A stretch of DNA of 63,172 nt, filler included, from Lenisia limosa (Eukaryota; Protista; Breviatea), in the NCBI GenBank assembly GCA_001655205.1. It is 12 parts of 12 records of this genome, joined end to end, with 100 filler letters (N's around TTAATTAATTAA, not from the genome) between each part and the next. Parts side by side here need not be neighbours in the genome. Positions count along the whole stretch, not along the records: positions 1 to 7,234 come from LPNZ01010928.1; positions 7,335 to 11,739 come from LPNZ01009259.1; positions 11,840 to 19,651 come from LPNZ01007035.1; 9 more parts are not named here. The stretch is one strand, 5' to 3'. Shown here one piece after another: positions 1-12,099 of the stretch. A model generated the notes under the pieces. The model searched no databases. It saw only the letters and a program-made list of their open reading frames with translations, and was not told where the DNA came from. The translations under genes and the position numbers were made by a program. Position 1 is the first letter of the stretch; each line of letters begins with the position of its first letter.

Positions 1-745
1 TGAAGAGCTTACACGATATTTAATCTCCCGAAGGACAATGTTCTTACGGATCATCTGCGAGACCATCTCAGCGGTGAAGTTTTGAGTGTGAGAGTCATAG
101 CAACCTCCTGAAGACCAAAAAAGACGGAACTCTCCTTCATTGGGCTAAGGAAGTGTTACTCACATATTTAATGTACATGTACTCATTCAATCTATACCAT
201 ATGATATGATATGAAGAAAATATATTATGTATAATATATATGTAGTATGTCATATAGGTGAAGGTACATAATTGTGTCCAGTCACATTATTGTATCCACT
301 TTTTCATTCTTTGAATTTTTTGCTTTAAAAATCATTCGTATGGATAATTGTAGATAAATATTCATGTATTGATGTAATAAATTAGGCTCAAGGTCTGGGC
401 CAAATTTAGGAGGTCTACCGCCACTAATCGACTGAGGAGATCCACCATTCTTGTACTTTTGCACGAAACCACGTTTCATCTACAAATGTTATTTGCTTTC
501 ATGTTCTGTTGCAAACTAAAAAATGATCAATGATCAATGAAATTACCAGCTTACATTCAGAAATTCGGCTGCAACTCTTAGAGTGATAGGTTTTTTGAGG
601 TTATGGGCGATGTTGAAGGTGCTAGAAACCTTTACACAATCTGTAAGTCTGTCCCATGTTGTCAAGTGTCGGAGCTCCACATTTGACTTTAATATTAACG
701 ATAAGAAAGACGAAAGGTGAGCTGAGAGGAGCAGGAAAAATTAAC
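1..745 (-). mobile_element. Fragments of a putative Tc1/pogo-like transposase gene (spliced, partial)
   Basis: Splicing gtaagc..ttgtag (~481-573) gives ..ITLRVAAEFLN|MKRGFVQKYKNGGSPQSISGGRPPKFGPDLEPNLL, an HTH-like segment followed by a GRPPK motif. A downstream exon near 30-110 reads GCYDSHTQNFTAEMVSQMIRKNIVL, loosely like a DDE_1 region. Motif resemblance only. Confidence 0.4.
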
Positions 746-968
746 NNNNNNNNNNNNNNNNNNNNNNNNNNNNNNNNNNNNNNNNNNNNNNNNNNNNNNN
801 NNNNNNNNNNNNNNNNNNNNNNNNNNNNNNNNNNNNNNNNNNNNNNNNNNNNNNNNNNNNNNNNNNNNNNNNNNNNNNNNNNNNNNNNNNNNNNNNNNNN
901 NNNNNNNNNNNNNNCATATCCTCCCCATATCTTGTTTTGGCTGGGAGTAAGCAATAATAATTAGAGGA

Positions 969-1656
969 CTACATTTCCAAAGATATTTCAAGCTGTTTTA
1001 ATTCTTCGTTTTCCTTTTCACGAATATTGTCTGGAATTGACGGGAAATCGATGACTTCTTCACCACTATCATTTAGAAGATTTAATTCAGCTTCCAAGTC
1101 ATCTTCATCAAATCCTTCACCAAGTGGTTGTGATATTGCCTCAGAAATTTCGTTGGCAACATCAAACTGCTCTCTCACATTGTCCATTACCTCATCAACA
1201 TCTTCAACTGTCCTAAAATGAGAATAAAAAATCAAACATTTTATCATTCACTTGACTTATGGCTTTAGATCCACTTGAAAGTGTCATTATTAAAGAGTAC
1301 ACAAAAACCTCAAAAATTTCCTTATTCACCTGGGCCTCTTCAAGAACCATTAACTGTGAATAAAGAAAAAAAACTTGCTGCTCAATTGAAAAACGGGCCC
1401 CATTTAATTTTATAAGTTGAGAATCGTATCCTTTTTTGCGTTTAATAGCCATTAGTGCTGCATTTCTATTTGTAGATGAATTTGATTTCGCAAAATTCAG
1501 CTCTCTTTCTATTTTTTTTTGCAAATGTCTGTAATATTGAAAAAAAAAAAAAAACANNNNNNNNNNNNNNNNNNNNNNNNNNNNNNNNNNNNNNNNNNNN
1601 NNNNNNNNNNNNNNNNNNNNNNNNNNNNNNNNNNNTGATTTTCCAAAAAGATTCAT
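969..1656 (-). CDS. SNF7: ESCRT-III subunit Snf7/Vps32 (CHMP4 family); internal N gap; very short introns
   Basis: MNLFGKS.., ALMAIKRKKGYDSQL..SIEQQ|LMVLEEAQVNKEIFE|TLSSGSKAISQVNDKM|TVEDVDEVMDNVREQFDVANEISEAISQPLGEGFDEDDLEAEL. This aligns without gaps to the CHMP4 pattern once introns of 21, 24 and 25 nt are removed. Confidence 0.92.
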
Positions 1657-1744
1657 AATGAAGTTGAGCTTTCCAAAGAGCTTCCCAAACCAGTTAAACC
1701 CAGAGTCTGCCCAGAGTTAAAACCAAAAGGGGGGGGGGCAACGG

Positions 1745-3776
1745 CAAGGGGCTGAAACTCCCTGAAATAGATGGGATCCAGGGATCTGGTTATTGGTCAG
1801 AGATCTGGGATCTGGTTAGGGATCTGGCGGTGTTCTCCCACTACTTTTGCTGCTTTTGCCAAAAATCACCTCCCCTTCCTCCTTTTGGCGAAAAAAGAAT
1901 TAATTAAAAAGGAAGAAAACAGGAAGAAAGCAGGAAAACCGCTGGAAAAGAGAAGATATTGATATCAGCTGATTTTTTTATTAGTTCAGTGTTATTATAG
2001 TAGAGACGGAGGTAGCATTCACAGATGCAGTATCAAAGGATATCATTCCTCATTTTATCGAATCCCACTCTCCAGCCTATCTCCTAAGGACTTTGAGACA
2101 TGAAGCCACACAACTATGTTGTCAATTTTTATTCGAAAGCCTCCTTTAACCTTCTTTCAGGCGATAACGTTGACCACAATGATGTTGGAAAGAAAGGAAC
2201 CTTTGATTTCTTTGATAACTATAGCGCAGTAGCGGAGATCAAGAATATGTTTTTTTAATGACAATTCATACTTTAGGGCTTCTATTTATCTTGACATTGT
2301 TGAGCTTTTGAAGGCCCATAGTCAGAGGGGCCAACTCTACCGCCGCACTTGATGAGGGTTTGTAAGATACAATGTGTGTATTATATGTACTAGCTATATA
2401 ATAAATATATGTATACATGTAAAAAGGATTGGGAAATACTATAATCCAATATCTCTTAATATTGTGATGATGTGGACGCCTTTGGCCAGGCACTATCTTT
2501 TTTATTTCTCATAAGGTATCGTATGCATATCTAAAGTGACCGTGGTCAACGCTTACCACAGTTGCTGTGTGTTTAAGAGTATTGTTACCATTTTTAGATG
2601 AACTTGAACTCGAACCCCCACAACAACCACATTCCCAATCTCCCATCTCTACCTCTTCCTCCTCTTACTCCGAATCTAAGCAATTATTTTCTTTTTCAAC
2701 GAAAGACGATTTCACTATTAGCGGATGGACTTACGGCTTTTTATATTAATGTCTGACTACATAGTCTTAGCTTTCATTGACACTACGAAGAGAAAATTCC
2801 AACCTCAAGATACAGCTCACATGGTTTGTGGGAGAGTTAATTTGTTACCATGAGTTACATAAACTTTTCATTTATTAGATTAGTACGTCAAACAAACAAA
2901 CGCCAACTTGCCTTTATAAACACTTAGTCTTTCCAAGAAAAGCCTCCCATTTGAGGAACGGTTTAGAGCCGAAGCAGAAAAGGGTACCAAAGAGGAGCTC
3001 TCCGAGGCTTCTCTGCATGCCTTCAAAACCATGGCAAGGAACCTTAATAAGCGGCCCAAGGGCCGTCGCTTTGATCATGTATGTCGGAGCCGTTATATGA
3101 TATCATACTATCTAATGATATAGCATATTGTAGTAAATGATACCATATATGATTTGTATGCATATATTATCTATTTGTATATTAGATCATATCGAATAAT
3201 TATGTGTATATCATATGATACACAATACATATAGTACATATATCCTCGTCCACAAAAACCGGTGCTTTTTGAATAAATCGNNNNNNNNNNNNNNNNNNNN
3301 NNNNNNNNNNNNNNNNNNNNNNNNNNNNNNNNNNNNNNNNNNNNNNNNNNNNNNNNNNNNTCCCCACAACCAAGTATGCAACATCGTAAGTATCGCATTA
3401 AAATATACCATAATATAGGACAATAATCACATAATTTTACCAATCTATCTCAATCATGATATAAATATGGGGTTTTTTTGGATTGGATTGTGTATGAAGT
3501 GTGGATATGAGGATGATATGAAAATGGACAAGATATGGCAAAGATATGGAGGTTTGTTGTTGTTGAGTTGTTTTGATAAAGGATGAAACTGATGAAACTT
3601 GGATAAAATAAAAGTCATCAAAACAGGAAAAAAAAAAGAGAAGAAAAAAAAAGGGAAAAAAAACAGGGGGTGAGGGATCTTGGGATCTCGTTGGGATCTG
3701 GCATTTCTCCAGTAAATTCTCTGTTTCTCTGGAGATTCTCTAGATCCCTTCTATTTCCGGGAGTTTCAGCCCCTTG
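1745..3776 (+). mobile_element. ~2.0 kb DNA transposon with terminal inverted repeats and a decayed/deleted transposase (P/THAP9-like fragment)
   Basis: Left end CAAGGGGCTGAAACTCCCTGAAATAGATGGGATC (from 1745) is the near-perfect reverse complement of the right end GATCCCTTCTATTTCCGGGAGTTTCAGCCCCTTG (to 3776). GGGATCTGG-type subterminal repeats occur at both ends. Internal exon 2928-3078 reads LSKKSLPFEERFRAE..FKTMARNLNKRPKGRRFDH. No TSD found. Confidence 0.7.
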
Positions 3777-5689
3777 GGGGGGGGTGTTAGGAGGTCAAAC
3801 AGACCTGTGCACCATTGGGTAGTAGAATAGTTATATCTGGGGATATCGACCTGTTGAGTATATTTGCAAGTTCCAGCACCAATCTCCCGCCCCTCGATTG
3901 ACAAATAAACTTGATTGCGCGGGTTAAAAGGAAGTCTTATTGAAGATGTGACCTGCACGGCATTTTGGATCTAATCGTTCACTAAATCTGTTGTGAATTG
4001 CTTGTGGCACGACGAATACCACCAGTGGTTTTGTTAAAGCGAGCAAAACTCCATCTTAAGCCCTGGGTTCCAACCTGGAAATAAACAGCAACACGGTCTG
4101 TCACAGCCACACTCGGTTCAATACCTTCTTTATGTTTTCCTTTGTATTTCATTTACTTCTATAGATCAGAGACAGACAGGCACGGCGTCCCCAAAGCAAC
4201 CGAAAGGCAAAGCGTTCCATTGCTATTGTGGGTCTATGGGACAAATAAACTTGTTTATATTTATAACCCTAGTGTGGGTGCATACTTTCTATTTCGAATT
4301 GTTGATTCCTCCTGCCTCCTAGTGGTGTGCTTTAATTTATTATTCCAGGAACAAAGTCCTTTAAAGCGACCCAACCACATGTCTCCCCTTACCACACCCT
4401 CGCTGCCTGATCTCTCACACAGCATCCCAGAGTCAGCTCATGGCAAAACTCTCTTAGCGAAAGGTATAAAGCACATTGTATTTAATGAGACTAGGAGTAA
4501 CTTGGGAGTATGACCAGCCTCTTCTTGGTCTCNNNNNNNNNNACCATGTCAAACCCGGTATTCTGGCCATGCGAGCTATCACCCTGCTGGCCTGCAGACC
4601 AAATAGGTTAGTAGAATACTGTTCTTGATTGAACTGATTGTATACTTTCTAGAACAAAGCCACTGCGCTTGTAAGTTGGCTGATTTAACAGTTTCTTATC
4701 AGTTTCTCTTTGACACTTGTAGCTTTCGACCTTAAACCATGTCATCACATTCCAATTGCTAAAGAGTTCATTGAAACGGTTTACCATGCCAAGCTTGAGT
4801 AAGCGAACGTATTTATCTCTTGAAGTATCAAAATTGTGCCAGGAATATGGCTTCTTCAACAGTTTTAAAATTGGTAGATAACATCTTAGTTTAAAAATCC
4901 ACCTGTCAACGGTACTGAGAGTCAGTTGTCTTTCACTTTCGGACAACCGGGATTCTGTGCGTCTATCTCTGATGTGTAGGATCTTTTGCTACTTTTTCTT
5001 CTTGAGCTTCGTAATATTTTCACCTCAAGTTTATTATTGTTGAAATTTTATCGCTTATGTCTTCAGTTTTTACTTTGTGTTGTACCGAAATTGAAGTAAT
5101 AAGATCAACTCTTGGTCTTTTCAAAAAAGAAAATCCGAATTATTTTTGTGTTATTTCTTTCTGATTGGGATATTGCGGATAGATTCTGCCGGGTTACCAA
5201 ATATTTTTACTCTTTTCTATTTTATCGTATTGAAAATGAAAAACTATTGTACCATATCCATTACTAATATAATCTTGACGAACTTGATGCAAAATGGTAT
5301 TTTAGGAATAACACTCCTGGATAATTATTGTACACTCATATAATTCAAAAAGTGATTAGTAGATATTATCAAGTATTTTCCTAGTAATAGGAAAACAACA
5401 TAGTATCATATGTATCAGATTGTATGGTATTAAACTGTAATAAGATCTGAGTTCAGATTAAGGTCTTTATCTATCTATCTACTTTTGCTTTTCTATGAGT
5501 GTTTTTCTAAATTTCCATTTTTGTCAGGTTATCATATCACTGCGTTTTAAATGAGAGTATATTACATGTAGTGTATGTTGAAAAGACGCAACAATAATGG
5601 AATTGGGATATAGTTTTTGCACGATTTTTCTCTTTGCGTAATACTCTAGTTCCAAAGGCTCCACAAGGTGCACTTACTTGGAGGTGTGA

Positions 5690-6381
5690 GAACCAAATTG
5701 GACTGAAGGCCATGGAGAGATGGGAACCAATGGAGATGTATGACGAAGGCGGAGGCGACGAGAGCGACGAAGATGAGCAGCCTGAGGGGTCTTATAAATC
5801 CCCTTGTCATTTCAGAACCGGTTTGTGATATGTTTGATGACTTATTCTCTGCCTTTTAACTCCCTCATGTTTCAGAAATGCCAATGGAAAAGTGGTCCAT
5901 TGATCCTACTGCGAGGATGAGGTCGCTGTTGCCCTCTGGGAGGAATGTTCTGATGACGGTTATTTTGTAGTATGGCCACGTACAAGAAGAATATGTTGAC
6001 GTGTTTGGGTTTTACATTGTGCGTCCAAAGGCAGTTGGGAGTTCGCTACTTTATTTCTCCTCCTGAAATAACCGCTTTAGTTTTGAATCAAGTGTGTTCC
6101 TGCTGCGGAATGTGGAATTATTTATCTGGCAAAAGCTTTGGTATCCTGAGGTCAGGCCTTCAAAAGCCTTTACCCGCCCCTTTGCAGAGGTCTGTCACGG
6201 CTCACTTCCTTTNNNNNNNNNNNNNNNNNNNNNNNNNNNNNNNNNNNNNNNNNNNNNNNNNNNNNNNNNNNNNNNNNNNNNNNTGCGCCCAGACCGAAGG
6301 CCTACAGCCCAAGACCTCCCCACCATCAACCCATCCACATTCGATGACAAGCCACTTCGTGCCATGTCTCTATTTACATAA
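5690..6381 (+). pseudogene. Degenerate multi-exon coding segment with a Cys-motif-like remnant
   Basis: Acidic exon MERWEPMEMYDEGGGDESDEDEQPE. A later frame reads VVH*SYCEDEVAVALWEECSDDGYF, containing a TGA, resembling a decayed CxxC/B-box motif. Confidence 0.3.
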
Positions 6382-7234
6382 AAAGAATATTGTATTGTAT
6401 CATCACGTATAATATAGATGTATAATAATATAGTACTACTACATATAATTTGATACATTGTACCTACAGTCTCCCGAATAAATAATGGGACAAAGTTTTG
6501 ATTTGTTTAGAGAGCCTATTACAAATATTTTTGATTTTAAAAGAGTCAAAGCTGATATACCTCGTTTTTTGATTTCACTATCAGTGAAAATGTTCAATTT
6601 TTATATTTTCCGTATTTATTTCGGGCACTAAAAACGCAGCAAAAATCCTATTTTCACTTAATTTTCTAACTGCACTTTTTTAAAATCAAAATAAATTGCA
6701 AATAATGTTCCAAAAAAGTATTTTAAAATCATAATTATCCATTTAGTCCTTTTTTTATATCATAATGGCTAAATCTTTGTAGTCAGGGGACGTGTTTTCC
6801 AATTCCGTGATTTTCCCAATGTTCACAGCTGTTTCCAACCGAAAATAAAATAGAAAATATCATTATAAACAAGGTGCATACATTAATATGATATATTTAC
6901 ATGCGATGTATGAAATAGACAAGCTGTGGTGGGGGGTGCAGATTCACCGTGGATTTAAAGCAGGGTCCTAAACCAGAATATTGTCAGGGATATCTGAACG
7001 AAAGTGTCAGTTCTTAAGAGACAAACTGAGAAATAAGGGGGCTGTTTTAATAAATTATGTGTCTTTTGTTGCTTTTGACCAAATGGCTCTTATGTCACAT
7101 TACTGGACTCAGTTCACCTTGCCTCATTTTTAAAGTGCATTGTAGCATTTCACTCTTTTGGTCTTAATATTGTTTATAACTGCGTTGATTTTTGGAATCC
7201 CCCATACACACTCAGTTTATGCCAAGTTGAATCA

Positions 7235-7334
7235 NNNNNNNNNNNNNNNNNNNNNNNNNNNNNNNNNNNNNNNNNNNNTTAATTAATTAANNNNNNNNNN
7301 NNNNNNNNNNNNNNNNNNNNNNNNNNNNNNNNNN
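7235..7334. other. Artificial contig-joining spacer (44 N + TTAATTAATTAA + 44 N). The same spacer is at 11740-11839, 19652-19751, 21386-21485, 31453-31552, 33081-33180, 42831-42930, 53925-54024, 56762-56861, 58843-58942 and 61715-61814
   Basis: Eleven identical 100-nt blocks; the central 12-mer gives stops in all six frames, and genes are truncated at several of these blocks. Confidence 0.97.
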
Positions 7335-10300
7335 AGGTTGCCCACGATGAACCCTTATTCAAGGCCTGTCACGCGGTCCTCACTAAATACGCTGGCGGTT
7401 TGTGGGTAAAGGTCTCATTGATTGTTATGGTGTAATAAATAGTGTTTTTTTGGTACCTTTTTTTAGTATTTTCCCAGATCCTCAAAATTGTTCAGAAATG
7501 GGGAAAACAGTTTTCCCACGAATAACAGAATTCTTAGACTTCCCCCCTGCTGACAGAATCAAGTTTATCATTAAGTCGCATGGTGTTCAAACTGATTTTG
7601 AGGTAATGATTGAGCCTTACGGTTTTTAGTTCATTGAAATATTAGCATTAACATAACACTTCAGGTTTCTGTAGAATCGCTCAAAGGTGAAACGGTATAT
7701 CTCCAGTTTTTGGAATCTGGTGGTGACTCATCCAACGACATTGAAACTAAGGCTTCCGAAGGCAACATGCCCTGTTTAATGCAGTGTATCTCTGATCAAG
7801 CACGGCTCCATCGTGTAAGTGTCTCAGTTTGATTGTTTTATTGTTAATCTCACACTCAAGGTCTTGTGTGACTGTTCCAATGATGAAGTGTTGCTGAAGA
7901 TTCTCAATACTGTGCCGATTGATTCTGAATTCGTGGGTTGCTTTCCTGATATTGTTCTCCTGACTCAAACAGGTCAAATTTGCGACAAACCCCCGTGTTC
8001 ACAAATTCATCATATTGACCCACCCGGAGTTCGCCAAAAATGAGCAAAAGGTAAATTAATTGTGATTGTAAAAATGGTTGGGGTTGTAATCAGTCAGCAT
8101 GAAGAATACAGAATGTACTTCTTTGTTGTTTCTGAGGTCTAGATGTAGTGTAATATTAGGTCCAAAAGATTTGTTGCTGATGAGTTTAGTTGCTCGAAAT
8201 GATGCGATATTTTGCAATGCAGAACCCCTTATCTGACAACTCCATGTTTCTCAAGGTCGCTAATCAAATCTCCGATTTCCAAGTGAGTTGTTCTGTTGAC
8301 TCAGTTTTTCATTTCTAAAGCCAGCTCTCATTTAGCTTTGCCTTTTATTCTTCAGCGAAACGAGACGATTGCAAATATCGCATTTGAAGCCATTAAGTTT
8401 GGTAATTACCATTTTGTTGCCGACCTTATGAACGCTGGTCTTCAAATGCATGACGAGAAATTGCAAGTTTGTTCAACAGCCATCGATATCATGTTTTAGC
8501 CGTTTCATATTTCCAAGCAGTTCTGGACTTTGGTTCAGGACAAGATTGTTGAGTTTTCAAAGCTTGAAAAACACTTCCTTTTGCAAGCGTATGGCTCAAG
8601 TAATGTAATGTTCGAATCAATGGTAGGACAAGGAGCTTTGTTGCTGATTACCAAACCATCATAATGCACCGGGTACAACTGCTTTTCTTTTTTCGGTTTC
8701 AACAACTAATACCCCACAAATGTCATAAGTATAGTATACACATTTAGGCTTCCCTACGTTCCCAAAAACTACCAAAATGCTCGATAAAACCTCGATAAAT
8801 AAAGATATTTCATCAGTCTTTTTCGGACCAGGGAATCACTAGTGATACATCCAAAATGATGGTGCATTCATCTGCAATATTAGTGATATGCTTATCACTA
8901 GTTGTTTACAATTTCAATATAAGATTTCCTATGAATTATCTGAAGTATTTGTTACTTTTCAAGTGGAAGCTGTACGGTGCAACCAAAGAGGAGGCGTACG
9001 CAGTACAAGTTGTCCAGACGTCTTCGAGCACCTTCAAGGTAGGCTTGAGGTCTCAACCCTCCCACATGCATATATATTCCTGACAATAATTTGACCTCTT
9101 ATTTGAGCTTACTAAGACAACTCCTTGCTATCATTATTATTGTGGATCTCGTATCGATAAATTTAGTGCTCCACCAAAAAATTTCAATCGCCTACATATT
9201 TTTAGCCTACCGAACTTCTGCTGCATCAAGCTGCCCGGAACAACCATTCCCATCTGGCTTCGAGAATCTTGTCCTTCCTCAAAATGGAACCCAATCAGGT
9301 TGATTCGGTTGGTTTGCGACATAACAGACAATGAAAAAAAAATTAAATTAAGTGCTTTGATCGCAGAAAGTAGTATATACATGTATATTACATATAATTT
9401 GAATGAATGATTGATTTGACACGCTGTTATACTTTTCAGCTTCCTCTAACAGTTTAGAATGGCGACACCCCCTTAATAATTGCTTGCTCTCAAGAGAACC
9501 AAGAACTTGCCAAGGTGTGCGTTGAACATGGTGCCGATGTCAATATCAAGGACAAGGTATGGTTTCACAATATTTTATAATGTGTGTGTTTTTGAATGTT
9601 CTGTTTTTGAAGATGTTTACCTTTTTGAGATTCCTTTAACAGTTTAGAATGGCGACACCCCTTTTATCATTGCTTGCAAGAAAGAAAACCAAGAACTTGC
9701 CAAGTTTTGCATTGACCATGGTGCCGATGTCAATATCAAGGACAAGGTGGGGATTTCAATAGTATAGTTTAATGCTTACCTCTCTACCCCCTGTAAAAAA
9801 TTGGTCAATTGAATAAAACTTGCATTTTCAAGAAGGAAGGCTCGAGAGAGCACAGAATAGCCAGAATTGGATGGATTTGGATACTTTCTTCTGTTGATGA
9901 GGCATATTCTTGATGTGTCAGTGTTCAGTATCTTTTTCTCTTTCCTCGTTTTCAAAATGTTTGTGTCTTTCAATAACAATCATTCTTGGATCAAGAAATT
10001 TTTTGAGATCACCCAAAAATAACAAAAGCGGGATAACTTTTTTTGTTTGTCTTTTCAAATTGTTTGATGCACATCTCACTTTAATGCGCATGCAGTAGAG
10101 CAAACACTTTTGAGATTCCTTTAACAGTTTAGAATGGCGACACCCCCATTATCATTGCTTGCTCTAAAGAGAACCAAGAACTTGCCAAGTTGTGCATTGA
10201 CCATGGTGCCGATGTCAGTATCATGGACAAGGTGGGGATTATACTACATTTGATATGTTTATCTTAAATCGACATATGCACCGTTATTATCTATTACCCT

Positions 10301-11092
10301 TTTAAGCTTCTTTTAACAGTTTAGAATGGTGACACTCCCCTAATTATTGCCATCAAGAAATCTTTCCGAGAACTTGCCAAGTTGTTCATTGAACATGGTG
10401 GCTATATCTATATCACAGACAAGGTTAGATATATGAGTGTAATTCACTATTGTCTTTGAAGAGTTGTGTACTTTCCACACTAAATTGCGTACTCCCACTA
10501 CCCCTCCTCCTAATAGTGAAACAAAATTGTGACACAAGTATTTCCTATTATTTTGATCAAACAATTTACAACTCCGTGTCATTATCATTCGGTGACGCTC
10601 CAGAATGGCGACTCACTCCTCCATTTTGCTGCTCAGAGTGGATCCCGTGAGACCGTACAGTATCTGGTCGAGCTTGGATTGGACATCAATATGAAGAATA
10701 AGGTGAGACTTCTGTTGGTCTTCTCGTTCTCCCTCTTTGTTTTGCATCCCCAGATACTGCCAAATTACAGTTTCCATTTTGACCAGATTGCCCTCTTCCT
10801 CCTGTGTTGTTTCTCATTTCCTCAGAGGGGCTGGACTGCCCTTCACAAGGCTGCTAAGAAGGGACATTCGACAGTTGTCCAAACTTTGATCCAAAGTGGC
10901 GCTGACTTAGAAGCACAAATTAAAGGATTTGTGGGTTATCAGCTGACTGCATCTGTCGAACTTACCGAGTGAACGGCCAATTTACCCTCTCAGGACAACA
11001 TGAAGCCCCTTCACTGGGCTGCCTTCAGCGGACGTACGGACTGTTGCCGGCTTTTGATTGAGGCTGGAGCTGACCGGAACGACAAAGATAGA
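7335..11092 (+). CDS. Ankyrin-repeat protein (5'-truncated) with an N-terminal region of unknown function
   Basis: Seven consecutive ankyrin exons, e.g. NGDTPLIIACSQENQELAKVCVEHGADVNIKDK, NGDSLLHFAAQSGSRETVQYLVELGLDINMKNK and DNMKPLHWAAFSGRTDCCRLLIEAGADRNDKDR. Upstream GT-AG exons splice in frame. Confidence 0.9.
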
Positions 11093-12099
11093 GTGGGACT
11101 TCATATGGGTAATAATGGGGACTGTTTTTGTTAAAAATTCGAACCGGTTTGTGCCCAGGTAAAAATACGGATANNNNNNNNNNNNNNNNNNNNNNNNNNN
11201 NNNNNNNNNNNNNNNNNNNNNNNNNNNNNNNNNNNNNNNNNNNNNNNNNNNNNNNNNNNNNNNNNNNNNNNNNNNNNNNNNNNNNNNNNNNNNNNNNNNN
11301 NNNNNNNNNNNNNNNNNNNNNNNNNNNNNNNNNNNNNNNNNNNNNNNNNNNNNNNNNNNNNNNNNNNNNNNNNNNNNNNNNNNNNNNNNNACAAGGTACA
11401 AAAATACTGTCAGATACGGACATTTTGTTTACCTAGTGTTTTGAGTTTTGAAACCACAAAAAAACATCGAAAAAAAAAACTGAATAGATAAAACCTCAAT
11501 AAATTGAAATCTGTCCCCGGAGGTATTGCAGGGTTCCCCACTTCAATCGACGCAATTCTTTTGCCAGATATGTAACGGAAGCCAAATTCAATAAAACACA
11601 AGAGTTACATCAAATCAAAACATGGTGACACCGAGCAAACAAGAAAGCGAAGAATCAAAAAAAGGGAAACAGGCGGGAATATAAATAGTTAAGTGGGGGA
11701 CTTCCAGCCAGAAAGCGGACCAGACACTATTGTCAGCGGNNNNNNNNNNNNNNNNNNNNNNNNNNNNNNNNNNNNNNNNNNNNTTAATTAATTAANNNNN
11801 NNNNNNNNNNNNNNNNNNNNNNNNNNNNNNNNNNNNNNNTAGCCCTCGCGTATCATAGGTTAGGGGGGGGCTTACCGCTGGTCTCTGGTGGTAAACAATT
11901 TGAAACGCAGTTAATCAAATGATCTGTAGTGCACGCTATATAGATCGTTTTTCTTGATTTTTTTTTGGCCATTATGATAGAAAGGGCGGCTCTACACAAT
12001 AAGGGGTTGTACCAGGAGTATAGTCGTGAAATCTGCGCATTTGAAAGGATAAAAATGTATTTATCGTAAAAACATTCAGTAAAACAAAGTTAAAAAAGA

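Noticed and set aside
7279-7290. Recurrent TTAATTAATTAA inside N runs as a biological repeat
   Set aside because: Identical 44N-12-44N layout eleven times; it is an artificial linker. Gene neighbourhoods across linkers were therefore not interpreted.
8030-8050. UGA reassignment suggested by in-frame TGA at 8041-8043, ~36850 (PIG-T) and ~5907
   Set aside because: The first two vanish with correct splicing (introns gtgccg..aaacag and gtttga..ctctag). The third lies in a degenerate region, and PIG-T itself ends in TGA.
7660-8050. Ras/Roc-like GTPase domain at the ankyrin gene N-terminus (GETVYLQFLESGG)
   Set aside because: No P-loop, DxxG or NKxD motif could be found.
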